Shown: positions 38,575-48,343, numbered from the stretch's first letter. The stretch is DNA of 64,000 nucleotides from an uncultured Candidatus Saccharibacteria bacterium (GCA_964401135.1 CAYNXC010000002.1:112975-176974), one strand, 5' to 3'. Made by a program: numbers and translations. The notes: generated by a model not told the origin, from the sequence alone.

Positions 38575-38659
38575 GAGGGAAGTATGGCAATTACTATGAA
38601 CAGTATCGAATAGGTACTGTAGTAAATATATAGCCATCCGCCGACTATCCTAGTGGATA

Positions 38660-39025
38660 ATGCTTTTCAATGAGGGTGTCTCTTTGCTAGGATTGGGTAT
38701 GGTCAGTTATGATGATTTCAAAGAACTTGATCTGCGCGTTGTGCGTGTGCACGAGGCTTCTCGTGTGGAGGGGTCAGAAAAACTCCTTAAACTCCTCGTC
38801 GAGTCGGGCAGTGGCGAGATCAGACAGATCATTGCCGGCATTGGGAAGGCTTATGAGCCAGAGGCACTTATGGGCAGGAGTATTGTAATTGTGGCCAACC
38901 TTGATCCTCGCACTCTGATGGGTTTAGAGAGTCAGGGCATGGTGCTTGCCGCACATGGGGAAGATGGAGCGCCGGTGCTCTTGTCCCCCGAGCGTGAAGT
39001 CCCGTCTGGCTCAGAGATTAGTTAA
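38660..39025 (+). CDS. tRNA-binding (EMAP/CsaA/Trbp111-like) domain protein
   Basis: DLRVVRVHEA...LLKLLVESGSGEIRQIIAGI OB-fold tRNA-binding signature. Confidence 0.7.
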   Translation: MLFNEGVSLLGLGMVSYDDFKELDLRVVRVHEASRVEGSEKLLKLLVESGSGEIRQIIAGIGKAYEPEALMGRSIVIVANLDPRTLMGLESQGMVLAAHGEDGAPVLLSPEREVPSGSEIS

Positions 39026-39026
39026 T

Positions 39027-39097
39027 GGGCCTATAGTAAAGTGGTATTACGCGGCATTCGCATTGCCGAGTCCCGGGTCCGACTCCCGGTAGGTCCA
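39027..39097 (+). tRNA. tRNA-Ala(CGC): tRNA-Ala (anticodon CGC), G3-U70 identity pair, CCA not encoded
   Basis: acceptor gggccta/taggtcc with G3:U70, anticodon stem cggca/tgccg loop ttCGCat, T-arm ccgggtccgactcccgg. Confidence 0.8.
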
Positions 39098-39122
39098 CAA
39101 GTATGGTATACTCTTATGATAT

Positions 39123-39425
39123 ATGAAAGGCTTCATCGAATTTATCCGTGAACAAGGAGTTGTGGGGTTAGCTGTTGGCTTTATTCTAGGAGGCGCAGTT
39201 TCTAAGGTAGTCTCGGCACTGGTGACCGATGTTATCAACCCACTCCTTGGGCTCGTTCTTGGGGCGGCAGGAGGGTTAAAGGATGTTGCTATCTCCGTCG
39301 GCTCCGCACGCATTCTCTATGGGGATCTCGTGAGTGTGGTGATTGATTTTCTTGTTATTGCGCTCGTGGTCTACTATGGCGTCAGACTACTCCGATTGGA
39401 CAAGTTGGATAAGAAAAAGGTATGA
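39123..39425 (+). CDS. mscL: large-conductance mechanosensitive channel
   Basis: FIREQGVVGLAVGFILGGAVSKVVSALVTDVINPLLG. Confidence 0.85.
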   Translation: MKGFIEFIREQGVVGLAVGFILGGAVSKVVSALVTDVINPLLGLVLGAAGGLKDVAISVGSARILYGDLVSVVIDFLVIALVVYYGVRLLRLDKLDKKKV

Positions 39426-39448
39426 TCGCAATCTCTACTCGAGCAAGC

Positions 39449-39478
39449 CTCGCCATGCCTCTTGTATGGCGGGTTTTT
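39449..39478 (+). terminator. intrinsic terminator after mscL
   Basis: hairpin cgccat-gcctcttgt-atggcg followed by ggttttta. Confidence 0.5.
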
Positions 39479-39503
39479 ATAAAGTGCTATACTATACATA
39501 TCT

Positions 39504-40202
39504 ATGGGATCGGCTCAACTTACAGAGCAAATACGAGTAGCGCTTGCTACTGGTAAACGCAAGGAGGAGATTTACCAAGAGCTACTCGCTCAAGGGACTA
39601 CTCTCACGGCAATTGAGGCAGGCTTTGACTCCCTTATACAAGAGACTGCAAAGAGCGACTCTCACAAGTGGGCGGTACGAGTGATCGTGAGCATAGGTGC
39701 GCTCTTGGTTGCTGCTGGCATCTTCTCCTTCGTAGCGGCCAACTGGCAGGAGATTGGGCGCATGGCCAAGGTTGGCATCGTGCTTACAGCGATGGCTGTC
39801 TCATACGGGCTCGGGTTCTATTTAAAAGAGTATCGCAGTTATGCCCGCTCTGGTGAGGCACTCATACTCCTTGGAGCTATTAGCTATGGCGCGGGGATCT
39901 TTCTTGTTGCACAACTCTTTCATGTGCAGGTTGAGTGGCCGGATGGTTTCCTACTCTGGATGCTCGGTACTCTGGCGATGGCCATTGCCATTGACTCCTA
40001 CCTTCTCTACTACTTAAGTCTACCGCTCGGATTCGCTGGATTGGTGGGGCTTCCTTCTATTATGTTTGAACTCTTTTGGTCGCGTGGCATCTCCGCTACT
40101 TTTATCTCGATATCCCTCCTTATCATCTCTGCCCTTTGTACCTTTGCTACTGGATGGATTATAAGGCGGAGAATGCCCGATGAATTAAAGCAACTCTACT
40201 AG
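39504..40202 (+). CDS. DUF2157-family integral membrane protein
   Basis: multi-TM architecture, first gene of conserved DUF2157/DUF4401/GDYXXLXY triad. Confidence 0.6.
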   Translation: MGSAQLTEQIRVALATGKRKEEIYQELLAQGTTLTAIEAGFDSLIQETAKSDSHKWAVRVIVSIGALLVAAGIFSFVAANWQEIGRMAKVGIVLTAMAVSYGLGFYLKEYRSYARSGEALILLGAISYGAGIFLVAQLFHVQVEWPDGFLLWMLGTLAMAIAIDSYLLYYLSLPLGFAGLVGLPSIMFELFWSRGISATFISISLLIISALCTFATGWIIRRRMPDELKQLY

Positions 40203-40206
40203 TACT

Positions 40207-41334
40207 ATGTCCGCACTCGGCTTCATCCCATTCTTCATCGTCATCGGACTTGCAATCCCTCTACTCTTGCTTTTCTTTGTCATCCGTTTTGTGTTTGGGA
40301 TCTTTCGTCATCGAGGTGGCACTTCCGTGAAGAGCGAGTGGCATCTCATGGTTGCCAACTCTCGCGAGGACGCGGTGAGCCAAGCATTTTTCTTCCTCTC
40401 CTTCCTATCTCTCTGTATGATACTCCTCCATATCAATCAAGAGCTAGATTACCTGCTCTCATCGCAGACGATATTCCTCATCTCCTCCATTGTAGGGCTC
40501 GCCGGTGCTTACTGGCTCAAAAATGTATACCTTTTGGTGGGCTCCTTGGCAGGTGTGACGCTCTGGTGGGGAGCGCAAGCAGCGCTCTGGGCTAGTGAAA
40601 GAGTGGGAGACATTGCTCTCTCTTCCATTACCATCGTCAGCGGTATCGGTCTCATTACTTTGCTTTTTTATGCGCTTGGTAGATTGCATGAGTGGTTCCC
40701 CAAAGCAAAACGCTTTGCGCTCACCTACCTAGTTCTCGGCGTAGTTCCTGTCACTGCCCTTCTCTTCTTTTTATCCACGGGCATTGGATTAGAGGCTTTA
40801 GAAGATATGACAAGAGGAACATCGATGCTCAATACTTGGCAGGTACTTTTCTCCTTTGTAGTGATTGGGATCGCGCTTGTGGTGACACTCACGGTTATCA
40901 CCATTAAGCGTCTCATATACCCAGGAGAACTTGCGGCACTCATTGTGCTCGTGGCACTCTTAGGGAGCATCGCCTTCCTTCCCGCGCAGACTTTGGTGGC
41001 GAAGGGGGACTCATACTCATATTCGCGTACACTCACGAGTACGGGCATTATTTGGGCGAGCATCTTTAACATCGCACTTCTTGCCGAGTTGGTGGGGATC
41101 GTGTTTATGGGTTACGCACGCCGCGCAACAGGGCTCATCAATCTCGGTGCCTTGGCACTCTTCATCTTTATTTTCATAAAATACTTTGACTGGTTCTTTA
41201 GTTATATAAATAAGAGCGTATTTTTTATCGGCGCGGGCGTTCTCCTCTTTGCACTCGGCTGGCTGATGGAGCGGGGGAGGCGGCGTATGATCGCAACACT
41301 TAAGAGCACTGAAAATCAACCCTCAACACTATGA
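40207..41334 (+). CDS. DUF4401-family polytopic membrane protein
   Basis: ~10 TM helices, second gene of triad, 4-nt gap to previous gene. Confidence 0.6.
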   Translation: MSALGFIPFFIVIGLAIPLLLLFFVIRFVFGIFRHRGGTSVKSEWHLMVANSREDAVSQAFFFLSFLSLCMILLHINQELDYLLSSQTIFLISSIVGLAGAYWLKNVYLLVGSLAGVTLWWGAQAALWASERVGDIALSSITIVSGIGLITLLFYALGRLHEWFPKAKRFALTYLVLGVVPVTALLFFLSTGIGLEALEDMTRGTSMLNTWQVLFSFVVIGIALVVTLTVITIKRLIYPGELAALIVLVALLGSIAFLPAQTLVAKGDSYSYSRTLTSTGIIWASIFNIALLAELVGIVFMGYARRATGLINLGALALFIFIFIKYFDWFFSYINKSVFFIGAGVLLFALGWLMERGRRRMIATLKSTENQPSTL

Positions 41335-41921
41335 TACCTACGAGTACAAAATTCTTTCTCGCCTTTGCGTTGCAGGTTATTGTGATTCTTGTACTTGTAC
41401 TTGTGAAGCTCTCTGTCTTAGAAAGTGGCACTGAAGTTCTTTTGCGTATCGCCCCTGTAGACCCACGAGATCCTCTGCGTGGAGACTATGTAACCTTCCA
41501 GTATGAAATTTCACAGGTAGACTCATTTCTAGTAAGGGGTGATAATCTCCGTACTCTACACAATGGTGATGACCTCTATGTGGTGCTACAAGAAGGTAAT
41601 CCATATTGGCACATTAGTTACGCAAGTACCGAGAGGCCCAATACAAACGAGAGTCAGATTTTTTTGAAGGGAAAGATAGTGCGGGGGGCACGGAGTCCAC
41701 TAGAAGAATCTCAGACAGGAACCAGCACTCAAATAGCACAGTCAGTAAAAATTGTGGATGACTTAACACTCTCGTATGGGATGGAGCAATACTTTATTCC
41801 CGAGGGAAAAGGGAATAGTTTTAATTTTTGGGACAAAGAAGTGGGGATGCGCATTAAGGTAGATGCAAACGGCAAAGCTGTCCCTGATCAATTGTTTGTT
41901 GACGGAAAAAGGTGGCCGTAG
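41331..41921 (+). CDS. GDYXXLXY-domain protein (N-terminal TM anchor)
   Basis: motif GDYVTFQY after the N-terminal TM; 4-nt overlap with upstream gene. Confidence 0.65.
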   Translation: MIPTSTKFFLAFALQVIVILVLVLVKLSVLESGTEVLLRIAPVDPRDPLRGDYVTFQYEISQVDSFLVRGDNLRTLHNGDDLYVVLQEGNPYWHISYASTERPNTNESQIFLKGKIVRGARSPLEESQTGTSTQIAQSVKIVDDLTLSYGMEQYFIPEGKGNSFNFWDKEVGMRIKVDANGKAVPDQLFVDGKRWP

Positions 41922-41924
41922 ACT

Positions 41925-42143
41925 TTAATTGATTCCAAAAAACTTTTTGACTCGTACTGTGTGTGCTGGCCAGCGCTGTTCAATATAGCTCTGCAGTACT
42001 ACACGCCAGCCGAGTAGCTCCAGTCCGACAATGCCGAGCCATGCGCCGGGGGTGAGCGGAGTGAGAATAGAGAGGATACCGAGGATAACAAGGAGTACTC
42101 CTAGGATCTTTTTCAGTATTAACTTCGTGAGTGCCATAGACAT
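41925..42143 (-). CDS. small 2-TM membrane protein (DUF454/YbaN-like)
   Basis: 72-aa ORF, two hydrophobic helices. Confidence 0.35.
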   Translation of the reverse strand: MSMALTKLILKKILGVLLVILGILSILTPLTPGAWLGIVGLELLGWRVVLQSYIEQRWPAHTVRVKKFFGIN

Positions 42144-42162
42144 ATGATAGACTGATACAAGT

Positions 42163-42684
42163 ATGTCGTCAAAGCAGACCTTTGCACTCTATGTGAAGAC
42201 ATTTATCTTTGGTGTGGAAGATAGTCTCGTCTCCACGGTGGGGCTTCTCTCTGGTGTTGCGCTTGCGGGCGCTGATCGTGACTCCATTCTCCTTTCCGGA
42301 TTTATTCTCATTTTTGTTGAGGCTTTTTCTATGGGGGTAGGGAGTCTTCTTGCTGAACACCAAGCAGAAAATTATCTTGCACATAGGACTGTCCCCATCA
42401 GACATGCGGCTACTTCAGGGGTGCTTATGTTTACCTCATACCTTGTTGCGGGATTGATCCCTATTCTGCCTTACCTATATTACACAAACAGCGTGGCCGT
42501 CTCGCTCTCTATCGCACTTACCCTCTCGGCACTCTTTGTTCTTGGTCTTGTAAGTGCCTTCTTCTTTAAAATCAGCTTGTTGCGTAATGGCTTTGAGATG
42601 CTTATTATGGGAGGGCTCGCAATCCTCGTCGGCATCCTCGTGGGGCATTTCGTAGGAGGCGGGCTTCTCACGGCGGTCGGTTAG
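42163..42684 (+). CDS. VIT1/CCC1-family (iron/manganese transporter-like) membrane protein
   Basis: FIFGVEDSLVSTVGLLSGVA and downstream TM pattern. Confidence 0.7.
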   Translation: MSSKQTFALYVKTFIFGVEDSLVSTVGLLSGVALAGADRDSILLSGFILIFVEAFSMGVGSLLAEHQAENYLAHRTVPIRHAATSGVLMFTSYLVAGLIPILPYLYYTNSVAVSLSIALTLSALFVLGLVSAFFFKISLLRNGFEMLIMGGLAILVGILVGHFVGGGLLTAVG

Positions 42685-42810
42685 CCCGCCTGGATGGCTC
42701 CAGTTGAGCAGGCTCAGTGGTACCCGCCCGAACGCTGATGTCGTTCAGTTAGGTGTGGGGAGCGCGATCCATATGATGGACAGACTCGGGCAACAAAGGA
42801 GATGAAAGAT

Positions 42811-42882
42811 GCGCCTTTAGCTCAGTGGTAGAGCGTTCGCTTCACACGCGAAAGGCCGTAGGTTCAATCCCTACAAGGCGCA
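42811..42882 (+). tRNA. tRNA-Val(CAC): tRNA-Val (anticodon CAC), CCA not encoded
   Basis: acceptor gcgcctt/aaggcgc, D-arm agctcagtggtagagc, anticodon stem ttcgc/gcgaa loop ttCACac, T-arm gtaggttcaatccctac. Confidence 0.85.
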
Positions 42883-42992
42883 CAAGCTAAGACGCGAGAG
42901 GTCGTAGACTTGTCCCGATGTAGTCCGCCCTGTCTATCGATAGGCAGGCGTGGTGGACGGGGGAGGATTTATCTCCTACAGAGTGAGCTCGT

Positions 42993-43823
42993 TTATCTTT
43001 CTCCGCGTATTTTCACAGAGAAATTAGGATCATCTGCATACTTTAGCGCGCGGGTGTTGATAAGGTATCGTTCACGCGCTTGATTAAACGAGAGGTCCGT
43101 TTCAATAAGGCCGAGTGTGTAAGCAAGTCGATCAGAATTTTTTGGTAAAAAGACATGTAGACTAAAGAGAGGGACGCGCCCCGGTGCGATGCTGTTGATA
43201 TGGCGGACTATGTTTGTAGTGCAGGTGTTAAAAATAGCGTTGTAAAATTCCGGCCGTTCTTGCAGTGCATTTGTTCGCTTAAGCATACTCACAAAAAGTT
43301 CTCGTACTTTTTCTGGAGATGCCTTACCGGGGTACAAGTACACCATATCCTTGCGATAATTTGAACGAAGTTTGATCACATCGCGTTCATCAGCAACTAC
43401 ATACATGATCTCGTAACGACTCAGTAGTCCCTTGATTGCGCTAAAGCTTTCTCCTTTTTCTTTTCTAATCTCTACAGAGATTGCAATAAATTGACCCCCC
43501 TTAAATTCAAAGCTCAAAAAAGTATGAGCTGACCCGGGGAAGCCCGAGAATGGCTCTACCACATACCAGACCCTCTGTATGTCTCCCAAATTAAACTGCC
43601 CGTCGTAGTAGTGAGGGATGTAGCTAGTAGTTGAGGCATAGGTAAAGTTCCGTATGTTATGTACTGTTACTGTATCTCCCTTAAACTCTGCGTAGGGGAG
43701 TAGCGCCTGATCTGGGTTCCACTCACGCTCGTTTGAGGGAGTGGTGCTAATGCTCAAAAGGAGGTAGGCAATGATTATTGTCGCACATATTTTTAGCATT
43801 AAAATTGCAAATGTACGAAACAT
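42993..43823 (-). CDS. hypothetical membrane-anchored/secreted protein
   Basis: N-terminal TM MLKICATIIIAYLLLSI; 276 aa; no motif. Confidence 0.5.
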   Translation of the reverse strand: MFRTFAILMLKICATIIIAYLLLSISTTPSNEREWNPDQALLPYAEFKGDTVTVHNIRNFTYASTTSYIPHYYDGQFNLGDIQRVWYVVEPFSGFPGSAHTFLSFEFKGGQFIAISVEIRKEKGESFSAIKGLLSRYEIMYVVADERDVIKLRSNYRKDMVYLYPGKASPEKVRELFVSMLKRTNALQERPEFYNAIFNTCTTNIVRHINSIAPGRVPLFSLHVFLPKNSDRLAYTLGLIETDLSFNQARERYLINTRALKYADDPNFSVKIRGER

Positions 43824-43842
43824 ATTCTCATTATTGCATATA

Positions 43843-43871
43843 TTGACTTTCTTGTCATTTGACTTTATAAT
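43843..43871 (+). promoter_or_regulatory. consensus sigma-70-type promoter for the 1437-aa gene
   Basis: TTGACT - 17 nt - TATAAT, followed by AGGAG RBS 10 nt upstream of ATG 43948. Confidence 0.65.
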
Positions 43872-43947
43872 CCCGTCCAGAAATGCACCTTTACATCAAG
43901 GGTGATAATAAACAAAATAGAACTGAAAAGACTGAAAGGAGACAGGA

Positions 43948-46900
43948 ATGGAGATAGAATCGGTAGGTATTTGCTGCGGTTCTTCAACCGTAGCTGGAGT
44001 GAGCTTAGATGGAAGATTTGTTGAATCTAAGCTACGGCACAATGGAGATGTTGCTGATACAGCCCAAGAAATTCTCAATATTCTTTCACCCTCCCCAAAT
44101 GCAAAAATTGTTATCACGGGACGGGCGCGTCAAGCTTTTTCCAACTATCCCTATGTGACGGAGCCAGAAGCTCTTCAACGAGCTCTCAAAGAGTTCGTAT
44201 CAGAGGAGTATCCTGAAGCTGTCGTCAGCTTTGGTGGACAGACGATTCTTGCGTATGAAGTTGATACGCAAGGGTATATTGTTCGTTCACATTCGTTCAA
44301 CAAGTGTGGTAGTGGGACTGGAGAATTCATGATCCAGCAGATTGGCAGGCTCGGCTTTACTTCGCTTACCCATGCGATGGATGCCGCAAACGATCCTTTG
44401 TCGTACGCCAATCCGTATGTACCAGCGAGTCGTTGTAGTGTATTCTGCAAATCTGACTGTACTCATGCAGCAAACGAAGGTAAGGCAAGCACAAGCCAGA
44501 TCACAGCCGGTCTATGCCTTATGGTTGCTCAAAAAATCGCAGAACTTGCAGGTAAGATAGAAGCAAGATGTCTCTGGCTTATTGGAGGAGGCTCGGCACT
44601 TGGACCAGTACGGTCATATCTTGAGGATCTCGGATTTCGAGTCACTATACCTCCTCATGCAGAACATTTTGAAGCGTGGGGAGCCGCACTCCTTGGTGCT
44701 GACGATGACGAAAGAGCGTGCCAGAAACAATTTATGGCAAGTGAAAAAAGCGATTCTTTTCCTCGATTGCCGCCACTAGAAAATTTTTCACACCTCGTTA
44801 CCTACAAAGAGGCACTGCGTGGGGAAGCAGAAGCTAACGATCAGTGTATCCTCTCAATTGATGTTGGATCAACCACGACTAAGGCTGCATTACTGCGACT
44901 TGATGACTTAAGTCTCCTTGCTTCTCACTATGGTTATACACATGGGATGCCTCACAAGGCAATGCTTGAGTGCTTTGCCGAACTTGACAAATTGATTACT
45001 GTTCCGATTCAGATTGTCGGTATCAATGTAACTGGTTCGGGGCGTTATCTTGCCGAAGCATTTTTGACCGATTATGCTCTACAAGATAAAAATGCCGCGC
45101 AGATCTCTGTTGTGAATGAGATCACTTGTCATGCAACTGCTGCCGAACGTTTGAATCCAGGAGTATCATGTGTATTAGAGATTGGCGGACAGGACGCGAA
45201 ATACACATACCTAGAATCTGGAGTGCCACTTGATTTCTGCATGAATGAAGCATGTTCTGCCGGGACGGGAAGCTTTCTTGCTGAGGTTGCAAAAGAATTG
45301 TTTCAGATCCAGGATCCTAATAAGATCGCGCCAACTGCTCTTGAGGGTAAGAGGCCGATCAAGTTTGGAGAACAATGCTCCGCATTCATTGAGAGCGACA
45401 TCAATTCAGCGCTTCGCGAAGGTGCTTTACAGGAAGATGTTATGGCTGGATTGTGTTATTCTGTCTGCTACAACTATGTCAATCGTGTTGTTGGCAATCG
45501 TCCGATCAGAGGAACCATTTCTCTCCAAGGTGGCACTGCCTATAATCCTGCATTCTGTCTTGCAATGGCGGGAGTCCTGTCTCAGAGCGCGATATTAGGG
45601 AAGGACGATCGTATTATTGTATCGCGCGAAGCGGGGCTCATGGGAGTGATAGGCGGAGCAGCTTTCCTTGTTGAAAAAATTCGACAAGGAGGCTATAAGC
45701 TTATACATACGACACTTGCCACCCTTCTCACCAAAGAACTCAAAGAAGCTTCGAGTTTCGAATGCAGAGGATGCACATACAAATGTTCCATAAAGCGATT
45801 CGAGATTACGAGTGAGGGAAAATCTACAAAAGTTCCTTTTGGTGGATTCTGTCGCAAGTACGATACAATTCGCCGCGGAAGTAAGCCATTTTCGTCGGAT
45901 GATTATGACTTTACTGCACTACGAGACCAGATGTTGTTTGGAGTCTATTCTAACCTCGGCCAATCGCTTTCTAGTACAGCTCCGTCCATTGGAGTTCTTG
46001 GAAATTTCTTTGAGCTCAAGTATCTGCCTCTCTTCTCAACGATCTTCGCTAGCCTTGGTATGAGGACTGTGTTGGCGGATGCTGTGGATCAAAATGGTCT
46101 ACAACGCCAAAGCGGTTCCTATTGTTGGCCAGTTGGACGATCCCACGGACTTATGGAGAATCTTATACAAAAAAATCCAGATTTCTTCTGGATGCCACAT
46201 GTCCATACTGTGGAGTCCTCTGATATTACGCGAGATCAATGCTGCCCACTTGCGCAAGGCACTCCGTTCTTGCTCAAGACGGCTTTCCCAGAAATTCCTC
46301 CACATAAGATTATGGATCCGTATCTGTGTATCACCGATGATATCTCCGATCTCCTCACAGCATTTACTCCCCTCGCAAAACAAATAGGAGTGGGGCGAAG
46401 AAAGCTGAAGAAGGCGATAGAGGCGGGTATTGAAGCTCAGCGATGTTTTACACTAGCGTGCAAACAGAAGGGCCGCGAACTTCTTGAAGAACTTGCGCAA
46501 TGTCCTGGAGAAATAGCTTTTGTTATGGTCGGAAGACCATATAATGCTCTCTCAAACCACTTAGGAAGTAATAAGGGTCTTTCTCGTAAAATTGCTTCGA
46601 TGGGTATCCGCGTCATTCCACTCGATTTTCTTCCTCTGGATGAGGTTGAAGATGAGCCGGATATGTACTGGTCAGCGGGGCAAGACATATTACGCGCGGC
46701 GCGATTCATTGCTCAACGGAAAGAATTGTATGGAGTATTCCTTACCAACTTCAGTTGTGGACCAGATTCTTTCCTTGTCACTAAGTATCGTCGCTATCTC
46801 GATGGTAAGCCATCTCTTATTCTTGAGTTCGATGCACATACGGCGAATGCCGGATTTGACACGAGAATTGAAGCATTTCATGAAATCGTGCAAAGCTTCA

Positions 46901-48261
46901 TCCGCGTAAGTGCTTCGGGACACAGGCCAGAGAAGATCCTTGCTTTTGATGGCTCTCCTTTGGAGACAGATCCAGAGGATATCAGAGGCCAGAAGATGAG
47001 AGTCGTTATTCCTGACATGGGAAGCTTCTATTCACAGGCGCTTTCCGCTACCTTAGAAAGTTTCGGAGTTAGGACAACACTGTTGCCTCAACCGGATCAT
47101 GCCACTCTCGCTTTGGGGCGTCGACATGCAAGTTGTAAAGAATGTCTGCCCTACAATCTGACGATTGGGAGTTTCCTTCATTATCTGGAGCATGAGCGTG
47201 AGTCTGGAGAATCCACCGCACTCTTTATGCCAGCTGGATCAGGGCCATGTCGTTTTGGGCAGTATAGTATTCACACACGGCTTCTACTCCATGAGTTGGG
47301 ATATTCCGATGTCACAGTACTCTCGCCTTCGGATAGTACCGCGTATGCAGGACTTGGCCCAAGCTTTCGGGAGAGAGCATGGATCGCTCTCGTCGCTGGC
47401 TCTCTCGTTGAGAACATTAGTTGTGCTCTTCAAACTCTTGCAGTGGATGTTGAGGAAGCCAAGACGATACTCCATACTTCTTGGGGTAGAATTGTAGAGA
47501 AAATACGCGGGGGAGTACAGATGAAGAACATATCAAGTTTCCTCTCTCTCCTCCAAAAAGAGGCTCAGATCCTTAAGACAATCCCACTCCATAACTCTCT
47601 GGACAAGGTGCCGAAGGTACTTATCACAGGTGAGATCTATGTACGCCTCTCTGACTTTACCACCTTGCCGATTGTCCGTTATCTTGGACAGCATGGCATC
47701 GTAGCAGTCAAGGAACCTGCTACAAACTGGTTGAAGTATGTTGATTATATTTATCAGCATGCGTATGTCTTACAAAAACAAAGTATGAAGGCGCGCTTCC
47801 TCCATTTTGTTAAGAGGAAGGTACAAGTACTCTACGAAAGGCTTATCACAGACGCTCTCTCTATGTCCGGACTATGTGCAGATACAAGCGGGAATATAGA
47901 AGAGATTATAAAATGGGCTCAGCCTTATCTCTCCGATCGTCTATGGGGAGAGGCTATCCTTACTATAGGCAGTGCACGATTTGAATCTCTCGGACGATAC
48001 GCGGGAGTTGTTGTGGTCGGCCCGTTTGGCTGTATGCCAACACGGCTTGCAAGCGGCATCCTAACCTACACAATGTCGGTAGAGGATAAAGTCGCATCTG
48101 ATCCTCATTGTATCCCTGAAGCTTTGAGAAAATCATGTTCTCACTGTCCCTTCATCACCCTTGAGACTGACGGAGTTGCACTCTCCCCAATCACCTGTTC
48201 GTCACTTGACGCATTTTGTGTCGTAGCGAAAAGGGTACACGGAGTAATGCAGAAATCGTGA
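43948..48261 (+). CDS. 1437-aa CoA-substrate-specific enzyme activase-family fusion: two ASKHA (BadF/BadG/BcrA/BcrD) ATPase domains + DUF2229 / 2-hydroxyacyl-CoA dehydratase (HgdB/FldB)-like C-terminal region
   Basis: two acetate/sugar-kinase-like modules (ILSIDVGSTTTKAALL; LEIGGQDAKYTYLE; CSAGTGSFLAEVAKEL), then Cys-rich dehydratase-like region. Confidence 0.75.
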   Translation: MEIESVGICCGSSTVAGVSLDGRFVESKLRHNGDVADTAQEILNILSPSPNAKIVITGRARQAFSNYPYVTEPEALQRALKEFVSEEYPEAVVSFGGQTILAYEVDTQGYIVRSHSFNKCGSGTGEFMIQQIGRLGFTSLTHAMDAANDPLSYANPYVPASRCSVFCKSDCTHAANEGKASTSQITAGLCLMVAQKIAELAGKIEARCLWLIGGGSALGPVRSYLEDLGFRVTIPPHAEHFEAWGAALLGADDDERACQKQFMASEKSDSFPRLPPLENFSHLVTYKEALRGEAEANDQCILSIDVGSTTTKAALLRLDDLSLLASHYGYTHGMPHKAMLECFAELDKLITVPIQIVGINVTGSGRYLAEAFLTDYALQDKNAAQISVVNEITCHATAAERLNPGVSCVLEIGGQDAKYTYLESGVPLDFCMNEACSAGTGSFLAEVAKELFQIQDPNKIAPTALEGKRPIKFGEQCSAFIESDINSALREGALQEDVMAGLCYSVCYNYVNRVVGNRPIRGTISLQGGTAYNPAFCLAMAGVLSQSAILGKDDRIIVSREAGLMGVIGGAAFLVEKIRQGGYKLIHTTLATLLTKELKEASSFECRGCTYKCSIKRFEITSEGKSTKVPFGGFCRKYDTIRRGSKPFSSDDYDFTALRDQMLFGVYSNLGQSLSSTAPSIGVLGNFFELKYLPLFSTIFASLGMRTVLADAVDQNGLQRQSGSYCWPVGRSHGLMENLIQKNPDFFWMPHVHTVESSDITRDQCCPLAQGTPFLLKTAFPEIPPHKIMDPYLCITDDISDLLTAFTPLAKQIGVGRRKLKKAIEAGIEAQRCFTLACKQKGRELLEELAQCPGEIAFVMVGRPYNALSNHLGSNKGLSRKIASMGIRVIPLDFLPLDEVEDEPDMYWSAGQDILRAARFIAQRKELYGVFLTNFSCGPDSFLVTKYRRYLDGKPSLILEFDAHTANAGFDTRIEAFHEIVQSFIRVSASGHRPEKILAFDGSPLETDPEDIRGQKMRVVIPDMGSFYSQALSATLESFGVRTTLLPQPDHATLALGRRHASCKECLPYNLTIGSFLHYLEHERESGESTALFMPAGSGPCRFGQYSIHTRLLLHELGYSDVTVLSPSDSTAYAGLGPSFRERAWIALVAGSLVENISCALQTLAVDVEEAKTILHTSWGRIVEKIRGGVQMKNISSFLSLLQKEAQILKTIPLHNSLDKVPKVLITGEIYVRLSDFTTLPIVRYLGQHGIVAVKEPATNWLKYVDYIYQHAYVLQKQSMKARFLHFVKRKVQVLYERLITDALSMSGLCADTSGNIEEIIKWAQPYLSDRLWGEAILTIGSARFESLGRYAGVVVVGPFGCMPTRLASGILTYTMSVEDKVASDPHCIPEALRKSCSHCPFITLETDGVALSPITCSSLDAFCVVAKRVHGVMQKS

Positions 48262-48267
48262 TATATT

Positions 48268-48309
48268 CCCGTTCCATTCTCATAATTTGAGAGTGGGACG
48301 GGTTTTTTT
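48268..48309 (+). terminator. intrinsic terminator after the 1437-aa gene
   Basis: 14-bp stem cccgttccattctc/gagagtgggacggg (two G-U), loop ataattt, then ttttttt. Confidence 0.75.
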
Positions 48310-48343
48310 ATTTTTCATTATTTTGTGCTACAATCCGCACACA

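Noticed and set aside
48287-48343. ORF-track start (MRVGRVFLFF) for the small His/Met protein
   Set aside because: These codons lie inside the terminator hairpin and T-run of the upstream gene. The start was moved to ATG 48344, which follows an extended -10 box.
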